DNA of 64,000 bases from Macrostomum lignano (taxonomy: Eukaryota). Every line of letters begins with the position of its first letter. The stretch's first letter is position 1. The stretch lies in contig NIVC01000989.1 in NCBI GenBank assembly GCA_002269645.1, positions 62,001-126,000 of the forward strand, written 5' to 3'. Below the pieces are notes generated by a model. It was not told the origin of the DNA. It saw only the letters and a program-made list of their open reading frames with translations, and ran no database searches. Both the position numbers and the translations under genes were made by a program. This document shows positions 63,705-64,000 of this stretch, piece by piece.

Positions 63705-64000
63705 GAGCTGAGCATTTGATAGTGATGAAGCGGAGCATTGGATAGTGATGAAGCTGAGCATTGGATAGTGATGAAGCTGAGCATTGGATAGTGATGAAGC
63801 TGAGCATTGGATAGTGATGAAGCTGAGCATTGGATAGTGATGAAGCTGAGCATTGGATAGTGATGAAGCTGAGCATTGGATAGTGATGAAGCTGAGCATT
63901 TGATAGTGATGAAGCTGAGCATTTGATAGTGATGAAGCTGAGCATTGGATTGTGATGAAGCTGAGCATTGGATAGTGATGAAGCTGAGCATTAGATAGTG
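63705..64000. repeat. Minisatellite, 23-bp unit, runs off the window end
   Basis: Unit GAGCATTGGATAGTGATGAAGCT; mTOR intron 14. Confidence 0.96.

Noticed and set aside
825-64000. CRISPR array interpretation of the 23-41 bp repeats
   Set aside because: Units are head-to-tail with no unique spacers, there are no cas genes, and the context is eukaryotic introns.

Overview
This is eukaryotic (metazoan) genomic DNA, not prokaryotic. It holds five spliced protein-coding genes, whose exons I joined by hand using GT-AG sites and reading-frame phase. They are ARMH1/C1orf228-like (minus strand, 3' end runs off the window start), CCT5 (6 exons, 553 aa, complete), GET4 (2 exons, 320 aa, complete), an unnamed RING + coiled-coil + beta-propeller protein ending in a polybasic-CaaX motif (minus strand, 2 coding exons, 654 aa), and TOR/mTOR (14 exons, about 1549 aa, continues past the window end). 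Nearly every intron carries its own minisatellite array (about 30 arrays, units mostly 12-41 bp), and several arrays share core motifs or mimic splice sites. The 34-43 kb block upstream of mTOR is a cluster of small transposon relics: TIR elements with 8-9 bp target-site duplications (TSDs) and a short retroposed insert. Two copies of a tRNA-derived CORE-like SINE lie in opposite orientation inside mTOR. The GC-rich, poly-Ala/Gly exons and satellite-filled introns suggest a free-living flatworm such as Macrostomum, but this is inference only. Most long ORFs in the supplied track that fall in repeats are artefacts. Family calls rest on remembered motifs; no database search was run.
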